Positions 1 through 12,808 of a stretch of DNA of 64,000 bases are shown piece by piece. The stretch's first letter is position 1. Each line of letters begins with the position of its first letter. The notes beneath the pieces were generated by a model that saw only the letters and a program-made list of their open reading frames with translations, was not told the DNA's origin and searched no databases. The position numbers and the translations under genes are program-made. Origin of the DNA: Octopus vulgaris (lineage: Eukaryota); assembly GCA_951406725.2 (NCBI GenBank), contig OX597840.1, forward strand, positions 18,228,001 through 18,292,000, read 5' to 3'.

Positions 1-1110
1 GTTGAACGAAGATTGAACAGAAATCGTTTTATTGCATTCTACACGTGTTTCGAAAGCCACAATTTACCAAATTCCGATTGAATAAGGAGACCATATTGTG
101 TCTTTCTCTTCAGGAAGAAATAGGAAATCCGTTGGCAAAAACAAAAACAGAACAGAGGCGGAGCAAAACAAATCGAACGAGGCTCCTAAGAGCCCATGGC
201 CAAACTGTTTATCAATGTATGTTGAAATCGGGTGGTGGGTGCGTTGAAGATTTTAACAGGTCAGGCAGCGGTCATTCCGGTGGGTGAGAGCACGGGGTGC
301 GTAGATGTTCTTTGTGACCGAGACTAAAGTTCTGACTATTTAAAGAATATTAGGTGTATTATATGGGGCGAGACAAAATCTACTTAGAAACATGTGTGTG
401 TGTACTGTTCTATATGTGCGCGGCCGCAAGTTGGTAAGAAGCGCTACACACTGGTCACTGCTGAGAAATCCGTCAGGGGGTAGAAAATATTTTATGTGTT
501 CGTATGTGCGTTTAATCGCGCAGTCGTCAGTTGGTAAACAGCCCTACACAATGGTCACTGCTGAAAAATCCGTCAGGCGGCAGAAAAATATTTTATGCGT
601 GCGTGTGTTCGTCTAATCATGCCTTGTCAAAGAAACCCCCCGTCGTCAAAACAAAACACCATTCGTCTCCTGGGAGTAATTCCCCTTGCAATGGTTAATC
701 ATATTTCTCTTAAAAGCTTTTTCAAAATTTATTTCCAAGGGCTATTTTCATATAAGTAGTGTAACCGGGTGCAGGTATTATTTATAAGCGTTATTTATAA
801 GCAAGATAAGTATAACGCCGCCAATGGGGGCATCGAAAAGCCGACTGTAAAAGTCCGTTTACCATCCGGTCTCTGGCGAATGGTCTCAGTTTGGCCATGG
901 GCTCTTAGGAGCCTCGTTCGATTTGTTTTGCTCCGCCTCTGTTCTGTTTTTGTTTTTGCCAACGGATTTCCTATTTCTTCCTGAAAGACACAATATGGTC
1001 TCCTTATTCAATCGGAATTTGGTAAAGTGTGGCTTTCGAAACACGTGTAGAATGCAATAAAACGATTTCTGTTCAATCTTCGTTCAACTCCATTTCTTCA
1101 ATTCACTAAT
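1..1110. mobile_element. Fold-back Penelope-like (PLE)-derived element ending in (TA)n; left end outside the window
   Basis: 1-207 is the near-perfect reverse complement of 888-1088. The arms contain a hammerhead motif, and the element abuts (TA)n at about 1112. Confidence 0.75.
37..116 (-). ncRNA. Type I hammerhead ribozyme motif
   Basis: Minus strand: ttc-CTGAAGA-gaaagacacaat...attgtggctttc-GAAA-cacgtg-TA-gaa. The mirror copy at 978-1052 has a 5-nt deletion in the core. Confidence 0.75.
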
Positions 1111-1227
1111 AATATATATATATATATATATGTGTGTGTATATATATGTGTGTGTATATATATGTGTGTGTATATATATGTATATATATATGTATATATA
1201 TATATATATATATTGTGTGTGTGTGTG

Positions 1228-1312
<85 letters not shown>

Positions 1313-1518
1313 ATATATAATATATATATAATATATATATGTAATTATATATATATATATATATATATACTGTTTCTTGGTATACCTGGGGTACGTATAG
1401 TGTCTATATATGTACCCTATTTTTAGATACATCTAGTATGTATGACTGTCTCTGTTTCTAGGTAGATGTAGCATGTGTGAATTTATCTTATTTCTTGGTA
1501 AATACAGGATACATAAGT

Positions 1519-1772
1519 GGAGGTACGTGGCTTAGTGGTTAGGGTGTTGGATTAAAATTTCTTAAAATTGTGGTTTCGAATCATGGGCCGGGCAACGCAT
1601 AATATTCTTGAGCGAAACACTTCATTTCATGTTGCTTTAATCACTCAACTGGCAAAAATGAGGAATCCTGCGATGGGTCGGTGTCCCGTCCATGGGGTAG
1701 TGGTGGGGGTGGGGGATATATATGCCATGGAAACTGATCCAATGACTCCATATGACTCGGGAAGGAACTTTA
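1519..1772 (+). mobile_element. tRNA-derived SINE (third family; related copies about 21080-21380 +, 31140-31490 -, 34221-34470 +)
   Basis: A-box TGGCTTAGTGG and B-box-like GGTTTCGAATC. Body shared between copies. (CTTTA)-type tail. Confidence 0.65.
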
Positions 1773-2334
1773 TTTTACTTTTGCTACAGGGTACATACAG
1801 CATGGATCTATGTACCCTGTTTCTAGGTATACACACACACACACACTCACACATATATATTAATGTAAAGTAAGTATCTATAGTTACAGTAGTGTTACCA
1901 TAATGTCTGTAAATTATTTCATTTTTTTTTTAGAGATTATGTCTTTTATAACTGAAATAATGCAGGAAAATATACCACATGAAATAGTTTAAATAGTGGT
2001 TAAATCGGAGATTAACTTGTTGCTAAATCCACTTTGAATTGCACCTTATTATTTACCAAAAAAAATAAAAGGTCAAAATGACACATTCCTGGATAATCTC
2101 GACCCAAAAATTCATAGATTACAGATATTTTCAGTGCTAATACGGGCCAAACAGACAAGTCGATAAGGGAGAGAACTCTCTGCGCCTTATCTCAGTTATT
2201 TCCCTTTTTTTTTTTTTTTTTTTTTCTCTGAAAAGGAATATTTGAAATACGATTTAGCAGAATCGTTGCATTGAGAAAACTATTGTGCTGTTTAAGTATC
2301 AGTTATCGTAATCGACTGTCCCCAAATGGTGATG

Positions 2335-2612
2335 GTCATTTCGTTTGCTATATTGTGACAAGTCTTTGCGAGGTTATGACGAGTCTTTGCTGAGTTGTGA
2401 GGAATCTTTACTATTTTAGGTATATCTTGTTTCTGCTGTGATGAATCTTTGCTATGTTATGTCAAGTCTTTGCTATGTTGTGATGAGTTTTGGTTATATT
2501 ATGACGAATCTTTACTCAGTTGTGATAAATCTTTCCTATGTTGTGATAAGTCTTTACTATGTCATGACAAATCTTTGCTCTGTTGTGACAAGTTGTTGGT
2601 ATGTTATGTTGT
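2335..2612. repeat. Degenerate 21-bp minisatellite (TGTGACAAGTCTTTGCTATGT-like), resuming at about 3575-3685
   Basis: Repeated unit visible by eye, interrupted by a LINE fragment. Confidence 0.7.
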
Positions 2613-2629
2613 GTCTTTTCTCTAACTAT

Positions 2630-3130
2630 TTAAAACTATATGACAATGGTACGTCCACGCTTAGAATTTGCATCACCAGTCTTGAACCCCTCTCTTGCGC
2701 AGCATATAGATCTCCTGGAAACCGCAACAAAACGAATACCCGCCGTCAGGCAGCTACCATACCCTGAATGCCTTCCTTCCTGTGGAATGGACACATTGAA
2801 GCTCAGATGTCTGACAACTGACTTGGTAGACATCCACAAGATTATCCACCATCTTTCCCACAACAACCTTGGCACCTTTTTTTGAATTCCATATGTCAAA
2901 GACTTGTGGACATACTTACAAAACCAAAAAAAAAACACACACTTTCGGATACATTTTTTTACACTCAGAATTGTTGAAGCATGGAATAAACTACGACTAA
3001 TGACTGCACTTCAGTCGTTAGCTGTCGAGACACTGCATCCTTCAAAACTACTATGCTTCCGGAAAATCTGCCAACAGTACACCTGGTGGGATTTTTTTTA
3101 AGTTGTAGTGCATCTGAGTACTGTATACAA
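2630..3130 (+). mobile_element. CR1/L2-clade LINE 3' fragment (frameshifted ORF2 C-terminus)
   Basis: LY.TMVRPRLEFASPVLNP...IDLLE and HFFTLRIVEAWNKL motifs in ORFs 2640-2885 and 2904-3101. Confidence 0.85.
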
Positions 3131-3689
3131 CATTTTCTTTCATATAATCATTTTGTGATGAATCTATGCTATTTTATTGATGTGTCTTTAGATGGTGGTG
3201 TTCTCAGGTTGAAGCCATCTAATGATGACGCTGTTCAGAAGGCTGTAATATGTCATTCGACAAAGAAACACTGTACAAAGAATTCATAGAACAAACTGCA
3301 ACTTTAAGTACCTTTATTCTCAGACTCAAATATATACGAATGGAATAATAATGGAAAGAGTTTGATGAAAGGACTATGTTCATCTTCTGTGTAACCACAT
3401 GTGCTCGCTGCCACAGGTGTATGAGAAATAGTTAGGTCATGTCTTTTCTCTCCGACATCTTGATGCGAAAGAGGAAGTGCCAGAGATTAATATCCGAACC
3501 TTCGCCATCTAGTGGCCAGCTAATTTAAACAGCCGCCGTCAGTGGAGATAACTGCGCCTACATGTCTTTCCTGTGTTGTGGTGAATCTTTCTTCTTCTGT
3601 GATTAGTCTTCACTATATTGTGACAAGACTTTGCTGTGTTGTGATTAGTTTTTGCTCTCACCTGTGATAAGTCTTTGCTATCTTTTGCC

Positions 3690-4104
3690 TTCTATTCTTT
3701 TATTTGTGTCAGTTAACTTTTATTTGTGGCCATGCTGGGGCAACACCCTGAAGAACTTTTAGCTGAATGAATCAACTTCAATCCTTTTTTTTTTTTATTA
3801 AGCCTGATACTCATTCTATCAGTCACTTTTGCTAAACCACTAAGTTACAGGGACATAAACACACCAACACCGCTTGTCATGCAGTGATGGGAGACAAATG
3901 CAGACACAAAGACACACACAGACATGGATATATAAACACACACAATAGGCTTCTTTCAGTTTCCATTTCCCAAATCCACTCACAAGTCTTTGATTGGATC
4001 CAAAGCTATAGTAGAAGACATGAAACCAAGGTGCCATGCAGTGGGACTGAACCCAGAACTTTGAGGTTGGGAAGCAGACTTCTTACCACACAGCCAAACC
4101 TCCT
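3690..4104 (-). mobile_element. tRNA-derived SINE, family 1 (central microsatellite)
   Basis: Reverse complement of the family seen at 6107-6499. Confidence 0.8.
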
Positions 4105-4124
4105 ATATCCTTTTTATTATTTTA

Positions 4125-4510
4125 CTAGCAGTATCGCCCGGCATTGCTCGGGTTTATTTCGACTCTTTAGAATTGGAATTTTTGAAAAGTAAAAATTTTG
4201 CATTATGTAGCTTGTTATAAAGTGAACATTTTTCTGGTTGAAATACACCGAAAAATGGTGACACAGCAGTCAAAAAATCGTAAAAAATAGGGATTTTCAT
4301 AGAAAAAAAGCACCTTTTTGATGTAAATAATTTTTGGTGTTAACATGGTCTGATTTGAATTTTTTCTTCTACGGAAGGAAGAGCAAGCCTTCTTCTATCA
4401 TACTCTCAATTTTGGTCAACTTGTGCCACAGGGTCTCAGAGGAGATAGTGTTAGTTGGAGGCTACCAAACCTGCCACACACAGACAACTTCAGCTTTATA
4501 TATAGAGAGA
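4125..4510 (-). mobile_element. Non-autonomous Helitron
   Basis: Minus strand starts A|TC and ends CTAG|T, with GC hairpin CCCGAGCAATGCCGGG about 12 nt before the end. No TSD. Confidence 0.8.
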
Positions 4511-4578
4511 TTTTGTTTTACGTATTTTGATATGCCTTATATATACTTATATTTCTCTCTCCTTTCTTTGATTCCCAG

Positions 4579-4735
4579 AACAAAATCAAACAACTCAACC
4601 ACCTCGACATCTTGTGCAACCTTCAGCTGCTTGATTTGTCTAACAATGAAATTGAGTTTGTGGAGAATATATCCAAACTTCATCAGTTGGTGTTCCTTGA
4701 TTTATCCAACAACTTCATCAGCCATGTTGACATTG
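4579..4735 (+). CDS. LRRC46: LRRC46-like leucine-rich repeat protein, internal coding exon (NKIKQLNHLDILCNLQLLDLSNNEIEFVENISKLHQLVFLDLSNNFISHVDI)
   Basis: Polypyrimidine tract plus CAG acceptor at 4576-4578 and GTAAG donor at 4736. The 157-nt open frame has two SDS22-type LRR motifs (LxxLDLSNN). Phase 1 end matches the next exon. Confidence 0.85.
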
Positions 4736-5068
4736 GTAAGAAGGAACATCTTCCGTCGTTATTTCTATAAAACATCTACTAATTAGAATTAGCACTATGT
4801 CTCTCCGATCCACTTTCTGTATATATCTCTCTGTCTGCTGTCTGTCTGTCTCTCTCTCTGCTTATCTTTCCATCTCTCTCTATCTCTTTCCATCTCTCTC
4901 TCCATCCATCTCTTGCACTCCCTAGTCCTTCTCTCTTCACCTCTCTCTCTCTTTCTCTCCACCTCTCTCTCTTCACTCTCTCTTCACCTCTATGTCTGTC
5001 TGTCTGTTTGTCTATCTATCTATCTGTCTGTCTGTCTGTCTGCCTGTCTGTCTATCTATCTGTCTATG

Positions 5069-5111
<43 letters not shown>

Positions 5112-5143
5112 GTCTGTCTGTCTTTGTCTATCTATCTATCTAA

Positions 5144-5206
<63 letters not shown>

Positions 5207-5471
5207 AGCCTATCTGTCTGTCTGCCTGCCTGCTAGTCCCCCCCCCCCCCTCTCCCACCTTTTTCACTCCCTCTCTCTCTCCCCTCACTTGACTTCAGCA
5301 GAAACTGAACTCTGAACGTAATGACAAATGAAATGCTGCCAACCATTCCACCATCTCTCTGCCTGTTTCCATTAAATTACATTGACACCAAAGAGAACGA
5401 TATAAACAGAGAGAGAGAGAGAGAGAAAGAAAGGAAAAGAGAGAGAGAGAGGGAGAGAGAGAGAGAAAGAA

Positions 5472-5507
<36 letters not shown>

Positions 5508-5578
5508 GGAATTCCTGTGTGTGTGTATGCTCTAAAAATCGGTCAGCCATTCGAAATGTATTTATCTTTCTTTTACAG

Positions 5579-5648
5579 ATGAATTCCCGCAATCTTTGAT
5601 GATTCTTCACCTGTCAGGTAATCCATGCTGTGACAATCCTGATTACAG
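5579..5648 (+). CDS. LRRC46: LRRC46-like exon (DEFPQSLMILHLSGNPCCDNPDYR)
   Basis: TTTTACAG acceptor and GTAAAC donor, 70 nt, phases compatible on both sides. The peptide closely matches my recollection of the vertebrate LRRC46 segment DEFPQSLLILNLSGN..YR. Confidence 0.88.
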
Positions 5649-5917
5649 GTAAACATTTTTGCATCTACCTAAAACATTTCATTTTAGTCATCATCATCAG
5701 CACCACTGGCATCAGCATCATCATCATCATTATTGCCGTCATAATCATCATCATCACTGCCACTACTGCCACCATCACCACCACCATTATCATCACTATC
5801 ATCATCATCATCATTGTCATCATTGTCATTGCTGTTGTTATCATCATTGTCATCATCACCCCACCACCACCACCATCATCACACTCATTACTATCACCAC
5901 CATCTTTATTACTCTGT

Positions 5918-6096
5918 TACTCTCCATCTTCCCTTCCTTGGACCTTTCCTTTTCCTATGTTTCTGATGAAGAGCTCCGCTCGAATCATAAAACCCTCCTT
6001 TTTCCCTTCCTTCCTGAGCGTCCAATAATACTATATTTGTTCCACGTCCTCGCATTGTTGTGTTTTCTCTTTGTGTTTTCATGTTTGGATTAACTA
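5918..6096 (+). mobile_element. Short hammerhead-bearing (TA)n-anchored element, family A (other copies 22806-22900, 24526-24720, 29039-29210, 44240-44445, all minus)
   Basis: Shared sequence ending TTGGATTAAC(TA)n. Motif C(T/C)GANGA-A-GAGC-loop-GCTC-GAAACGTT; this copy has GAAT. Confidence 0.75.
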
Positions 6097-6106
6097 TATA
6101 TATATA

Positions 6107-6497
6107 GGCGCAGGAGTGGCTGTATGGTAAGTAGCTTGCTAACCAACCACATGGTTCTGGGTTCAGTCCCACTGCGTGGCATCTTGGGCAAGTGTCTTCT
6201 GCTATAGCCTCGGGCCGACCAATGCCTTGTGAGTGGATTTGGTAGACGGAAACTGAAAGAAGCCTGTCGTATATATGTATATATATGTGTGTGTGTTTGT
6301 GTTTGTTCCCCTAGCATTGCTTGACAACCGATGCTGGTGTGTTTACATCCCCGTAATTTAGCGGTTCGGCAAAAAGAGACCGATAGAATAAGTACTGGGC
6401 TTTCAAAAAGAATAAGTCCCGGGGTCGAGTTGCTCGACTAAAGGCGGTGCTCCAGCATGGCCGCAGTCAAATGACTGAAACAAGTAAAAGAGTAAAG

Positions 6498-6499
<2 letters not shown>
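6107..6499 (+). mobile_element. tRNA-derived SINE, family 1, full length
   Basis: GGCGCAGGAGTGGCTG.. head with A/B boxes, central (TA)n/(TG)n, (AGTAAA(A)G)n tail. More than 15 copies in the window. Confidence 0.9.
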
Positions 6500-6532
<33 letters not shown>

Positions 6533-6549
6533 ATGTATGTATGTATATG

Positions 6550-6581
<32 letters not shown>

Positions 6582-6589
6582 TGTATGTA

Positions 6590-6658
<69 letters not shown>

Positions 6659-6786
6659 ATACAACTGAAGACAACCCAAAGAAGAGAAAAACAAGAACAC
6701 GTCATACCATTTATAGCTTCCATTGCACTGTTTACACATAGAGGTGCAATGGAAGCTGTTGGTAAGACCATACAGGACATCAGAGC

Positions 6787-7204
6787 CTCCAACAGGACTC
6801 AGCACCATCCTGTAGCTCTAAACAGGCACAACACTGGATTCAGAAAAACATTTTGTCGTTCACAGGCAAGGATATATGGCCTTCAAGAAGCCTGATCTCA
6901 ACTCACTGGATTTTTCTGTTTGGTCTATTTTGGAGATGAGGATCTTGAGCACTCCTTGTTCTGCAGTCAACACTCTGAAGACAAAACTGCACCAGGAATG
7001 GGCTTGGATTCCACAAGAACAGCTGTGTGCCAAGTGTGAACCATTTGCACCTAGACTTAAGGCTGTGATTTGAAACAGAGGTGGCCATATCAAATAAATA
7101 TGGTAGTGTCATAATTGTTTCTTTTACCATTGCATTGCAATGCTCGGACCCAAAATATAACACTAATTGAAATAGGTTAGTTGCCTTAATTTTGGGACAC
7201 CCTA
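6787..7204 (+). mobile_element. Tc1/mariner maT (DD37D) transposase 3' remnant with right terminus
   Basis: QQDSAPS...WPSRS(P)DLNSLDFSVW with one frameshift and 37 residues between the 2nd and 3rd catalytic Asp. RLKAVI..GGHI end, terminal TTTTGGGACACCCTATA. Confidence 0.85.
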
Positions 7205-7528
7205 TATATGTGTGTATGTATGCATATGTAACAATTACTTCTTGATCACAATAATAGTATAGGCACACTAACTATGTTTTTGGCAACTGATGATCTGGTA
7301 CACCTCTTTGAATCTGGACATAATTAAGTAAGGGATTTTCAATTTCCCTTCACTAATATTTTTTTATTTTGTTCAAGACAGTTCTCTCTGTCTGTCTGTC
7401 TCTTTCTCTCTCTCTCTCTCTGTCTCTCTTTCTCTTTCTCTCTCTCCCCCTCTCTCTCTCTCTCTTTCTCTCTCTCTCCCTCTCTCTCTCAATCAATCAA
7501 TCAATCATTAACCCCCTTCTATTTGCAG

Positions 7529-7679
7529 AGGCAGAATTATCCAAGACTTACAAAATCTGAATGAATTAGATGGACAACCGGTCGGTAAAGAAGAACAACA
7601 GGAATGTGGTTTTGTCATCACTCGCAGTGATGATTCTGATGAAAATGATGATGCTGATAAATCTACTAAAGTTTCTAAC
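7529..7679 (+). CDS. LRRC46: LRRC46-like exon (GRIIQDLQNLNELDGQPVGKEEQQECGFVITRSDDSDENDDADKSTKVSN)
   Basis: TTTGCAG acceptor and GTAAG donor, 151 nt, in phase. Completes the LRRcap motif YR..II..L..L..LDGQPV, followed by an acidic stretch. Confidence 0.88.
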
Positions 7680-8429
7680 GTAAGATTACAATTTCAGTGA
7701 CTGACAGAGAATGTCTTTTAGCTGTCTAAGATCCTCCATTTCAAACATTCATCATTTTCTAAAATCTTCCAAGATTCTCCTTTCCAAAGATACTTCAAAG
7801 TTCCTCACTTCCAAGAATCCTCCAAGATATTTCCTTTCAAAAACCCTAAAATTCACACTTTTTTTACTAAAATTTCTCTGAAATCCTTCTTTAAAATAAC
7901 CTCTAAGATCGTCTTTTTCAATCACTCCCATCTTTTACAAAATCCTACCAAAGTTTTCAAAGATACCACTTTTCGAAAAAGCAAATCCCACTTTTCAAAA
8001 TTCCTCCAAGATTCTCTTTAAGGAGGCTATTTCAAATTTTCCACTTCCAAAAATCCTACTTTTATAGAATCCTCCAAGACTGTTGCTTTCAAAATATTCG
8101 AAGATTCCCCCATTTAAATATATTTCAAACTTCTTTTTGAAAATCCTGAAAAATCCCCCTTTTCAAGAATCCTTCAAGATTTCTCTTTTCCAGAAATCTG
8201 CAAGACAATTCTTTTCACAAAATCATTTAATGTCCTTGTTTACTCTTTTACTTGTTTTAGTCATTTGACTGTGACCATGCTGGAGCACCACATTTAGCCG
8301 AGCAAATCGACCCCAGGTCTTATTCTTTGTAAGCCTAGTATTTATTCTGTCAGTCTGTTTTGCTGAACCACTAAGTTACAGAGACGTAGACACACCACCA
8401 TCAGTTGTCAAGCAATGTTGCGGGGACAA

Positions 8430-8486
<57 letters not shown>

Positions 8487-8490
<4 letters not shown>

Positions 8491-9078
8491 CATACATTTG
8501 CCTACCGTTTAAATGTTTTGAACTTTTAACCACCAATCTGCTTTGCTTTCCTTTTCTTTCTATATGCCACCCTAAAAACATCGCCATTCCCGCCCGTTTC
8601 TCTAAAGTTCAACCTTCAATCCTTTAATTCGATCTCCACCATTCACTATCATTTCTTCTCCGACTTACAGCGATGTCCATAAGCAAGCTAAGAAGATTTT
8701 CTCCTTCTTTTTCATACATACATACATTTGCCTACCGTTTAAATGTTTTGAACTTATAACCACCAATCTGCTTTGCTTTCCTTTTCTTTCTATATGCCAC
8801 CCTAAAAACATCGCCATTCCCGCCCGTTTCTCTAAAGTTCAACCTTCAATCCTTTAATTCGATCTCCACCATTCACTATCATTTCTTCTCCGACTTACAG
8901 CAATGTCCATAAGCAAGCTAAGAAGATTTTCTCCCTTCTTTTTCATACATACATACATTTGTCTACCGTTTAAATGTTTTGAACTTATAACCACCAATCT
9001 GCTTTGCTTTCCTTTTCTTTCTATATGCCACCCTAAAAACATCGCCATTCCCGCCCGTTTCTCTAAAGTTCAACCTTC
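8487..9078. repeat. Tandem repeat of about 230 bp, 2.6 near-identical copies
   Basis: CATTTG(C/T)CTACCG recurs at about 8495, 8725 and 8956. Units are joined by (CATA)n. Confidence 0.9.
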
Positions 9079-9345
9079 GCATATTCCCGGTGCACCCGCC
9101 CTTCCCCACCCCCACCACCAATACCGGATATCTCTATATTTTTGCTCCATCTATACCGGATGTCGCTTCTCCCACCACCATTATAGGTGTCTACTCTTCG
9201 AACCCCCCTCTTCAACACGCTATTTCACCATGCATTACCCCTCTCTTGATATCCTACGTTCTACTTGCCTAGAACCTGTCATCATTTCTCTGAACCACCC
9301 CTCCCCACTGGTGCTCCCCTATATATTTCTGCACCCCCCCCCCAC

Positions 9346-9588
9346 ATAAAAAGCACCATCCGAACGTGGCCGATGCCAGACCCCTCTGGCACCTGTGCAG
9401 GTGGCACGTAAAAAACACCCACTACACTCGCGGAGTGGTTGGCGTTAGGAAGGGCATCCAGCTGTAGAAACACTGCCAGACTAGACTGGAGCCTGGGGCA
9501 GTCCCTAGCTCCCCAGACCCCGGTCGAAACCGTCCAACCCGTGCTAGCGCGGAAAACGGACGTTAAACGATGATGATGATGATGATGA
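9346..9588 (+). mobile_element. SINE/LINE 3' end with (GAT)n tail, RTE-type
   Basis: GGTTGGCGTTAGGAAGGGCATCC motif and GACGTTAAAC(GAT)n terminus. Confidence 0.6.
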
Positions 9589-10084
9589 TATATATACACG
9601 ATGAGCTTCTTTCAGTTTCTGTCTACCAAATCCACTCACAAGGCTTTGGTCGGCCCGAGGCTATAGTAGAAGACACTTGCCAAAGGTGCCATGCAGTGGG
9701 ATGCAAAAATTTTCCTAAATTCTCCAAGATATCCCAAATCCCTCCTTTCAAAATTCTTCAAAAATAATCTTTTTCGTGAATTCTCCAAAACAATGTTCCA
9801 AAATTGTTACATCTCAAACATCGATAGGGGGTTTGCTTCAGTACTACGCTGGTCCTTATTTACAGCTGAGCAGACTGAGTCAAGTGAAATGAAATGACTC
9901 ACTCAAATGCACAACACACTGCCTTGTCTAAACAAAATTCTCCGAGAATTTTCTTTTCAAGTATCCTCAAAACGACCCTTTTCAGAAATTTTCTTTCTAA
10001 AAACATTCTTCAAAATCCTCTTTTTTCAAAAATTCTCCAAAAAATTTTTTTATAAATATCTTTGTCTTTGATTTGTTTTCCCAG

Positions 10085-10246
10085 ATTCTAGAGAAATACA
10101 CTTGTACCAACAAAGAAAGCAAAGATTCAAGAATTGACTCCTTGGACCAATTACCTGATAAGGAATTACAGTTACATGGAAACAATGAGACAGATCAGGA
10201 GGCGCCAACATCACAAGGATTTCTTAACAGTATTGATACATCATGA
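10085..10246 (+). CDS. LRRC46: Probable last coding exon of the LRRC46-like gene (ILEKYTCTNKESK...GFLNSIDTS*)
   Basis: TTTTCCCAG acceptor, phase 0, 54 codons ending in TGA, AATAAA about 45 nt downstream. No recognisable homology in this exon. Confidence 0.7.
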   Translation: MLEKYTCTNKESKDSRIDSLDQLPDKELQLHGNNETDQEAPTSQGFLNSIDTS

Positions 10247-10289
10247 AGAGATTGTAGCAGTGTTGTCTTTTAACAAACCGTTTTTTAAA

Positions 10290-10299
10290 AATAAATAAA
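10290..10299 (+). terminator. Polyadenylation signal (overlapping AATAAA x2)
   Basis: AATAAATAAA downstream of the stop codon, followed by a GT-rich tract at 10318-10368. Confidence 0.6.
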
Positions 10300-10320
10300 G
10301 TTTTCAACATCAGTATAGTG

Positions 10321-10352
<32 letters not shown>

Positions 10353-10532
10353 CGTGGTGGTGGTGGGTGCCATGCCTCATTAAGAAGACAGTGATCAAAA
10401 GCACTCTCACAACGACAATTCCTTTATATCGTGTTCACTCCCTCTCTCTCTCTCTCTCCCACTAAAGGCAGAAAGTTGGTGCTCCAGCATGGCCACAGTC
10501 AAATGACTGAAACAAGTAAAAGAATAAAAGAC

Positions 10533-10604
<72 letters not shown>

Positions 10605-10640
10605 GACAGAGAGAGAGAGAGATAGACAGACAGACAGACA

Positions 10641-10822
10641 CATACATACATACATACATACATACATACATACATACATACATACATACATACATACATA
10701 CATACATACATACGTACATACATACATACGTACATACATACATACATACATACATACATACATACATACATACATACATACATACATACATACATACATA
10801 CATACATACATACATACATACA

Positions 10823-10853
<31 letters not shown>

Positions 10854-10884
10854 GTACATACATAGATAACACATCATACATACA

Positions 10885-10915
<31 letters not shown>

Positions 10916-10984
10916 GTACATACATACATATATACATACATACATACATACATACATACATACATACATACATACGTACGTACG

Positions 10985-11015
<31 letters not shown>

Positions 11016-11016
11016 G

Positions 11017-11047
<31 letters not shown>

Positions 11048-11088
11048 GTACATACATACATATATACATACATACATACATACATACA

Positions 11089-11119
<31 letters not shown>

Positions 11120-11163
11120 GTACATACATAGATACACACATCATACATACATACATACATACA

Positions 11164-11194
<31 letters not shown>

Positions 11195-11275
11195 GCACAT
11201 ACATACATACATACATACATACATATGTACATACATACATATATACATACATACATACATACATACATACGTACG

Positions 11276-11306
<31 letters not shown>

Positions 11307-11339
11307 GTACATACATACATATATACATACATACGTACG

Positions 11340-11370
<31 letters not shown>

Positions 11371-11371
11371 G

Positions 11372-11402
<31 letters not shown>

Positions 11403-11447
11403 GTACATACATACATACATACATACATACACACATACATACATACA

Positions 11448-11513
<66 letters not shown>

Positions 11514-11559
11514 CATACATACATACACACATACATACATATATACATACATACATACA

Positions 11560-11590
<31 letters not shown>

Positions 11591-11622
11591 GTACATACAT
11601 AGATACACACATCATACATACA

Positions 11623-11656
<34 letters not shown>

Positions 11657-11678
11657 CATACATACATACATACATACA

Positions 11679-11709
<31 letters not shown>

Positions 11710-11757
11710 GTACATACATAGATACACACATCATACATACATACATACATACATACA

Positions 11758-11788
<31 letters not shown>

Positions 11789-11961
11789 GTACATACATAC
11801 ATATATACATACATACATACATACATACATACATACATACATACATACATACATACATACATACATACATACATACGTACGTACATACATACATACATAC
11901 ATATGTACATACATACATACATACATACATATGTACATACATACATATATACATACATACA

Positions 11962-11992
<31 letters not shown>

Positions 11993-12056
11993 GTACATAC
12001 ATAGATACACACATCATACATACATACATACATACATACATACATACATACATACA

Positions 12057-12087
<31 letters not shown>

Positions 12088-12088
12088 G

Positions 12089-12119
<31 letters not shown>

Positions 12120-12180
12120 GTACATACATACATATATACATACATACATACATACATACATACATACATACATACGTACG

Positions 12181-12211
<31 letters not shown>

Positions 12212-12212
12212 G

Positions 12213-12243
<31 letters not shown>

Positions 12244-12248
12244 GTACA

Positions 12249-12282
<34 letters not shown>

Positions 12283-12300
12283 CATACATACATACATACA

Positions 12301-12332
<32 letters not shown>

Positions 12333-12354
12333 CATACATACATACATACATACA

Positions 12355-12414
<60 letters not shown>

Positions 12415-12424
12415 CATACATACA

Positions 12425-12455
<31 letters not shown>

Positions 12456-12640
12456 GTACATACATACATACATACATACATACATACATACATACATACA
12501 TACATACATACATACATACATACATACATACATACATACATACATACACACATACATACATACATACATACATACATACATACATACACACATACATACA
12601 TATATACATACATATATACATACATACATACATATGTACA

Positions 12641-12671
<31 letters not shown>

Positions 12672-12808
12672 GTACATACACACATACATACATACGCACA
12701 CACATACATACATACACACATACACACACACATACATACACACAAACATACACACATACATACATACACACAAACATACACACATACATACATATATACA
12801 TACATACA
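10641..12808. repeat. Large (TACA)n satellite, about 2.2 kb, with higher-order variants
   Basis: Direct reading. Marker GATA(C)ACACATC recurs at about 10865, 11131, 11602, 11721 and 12004. Confidence 0.95.

Larger units (their letters stand above)
8239..9701 (-). mobile_element. Family 1 SINE split by nested insertions in its central microsatellite
   Basis: 3' half at 8239-8450, 5' half at 9590-9701. Confidence 0.75.

Noticed and set aside
3250-3348. Short ORF MSFDKETLYKEF...LKYIRME as the first LRRC46 exon
   Set aside because: It ends in stop codons with no suitable in-frame donor, and the similarity is too weak.
6107-6180. tRNA genes at SINE heads
   Set aside because: A/B boxes are present but there is no complete cloverleaf, and they are always fused to SINE bodies.
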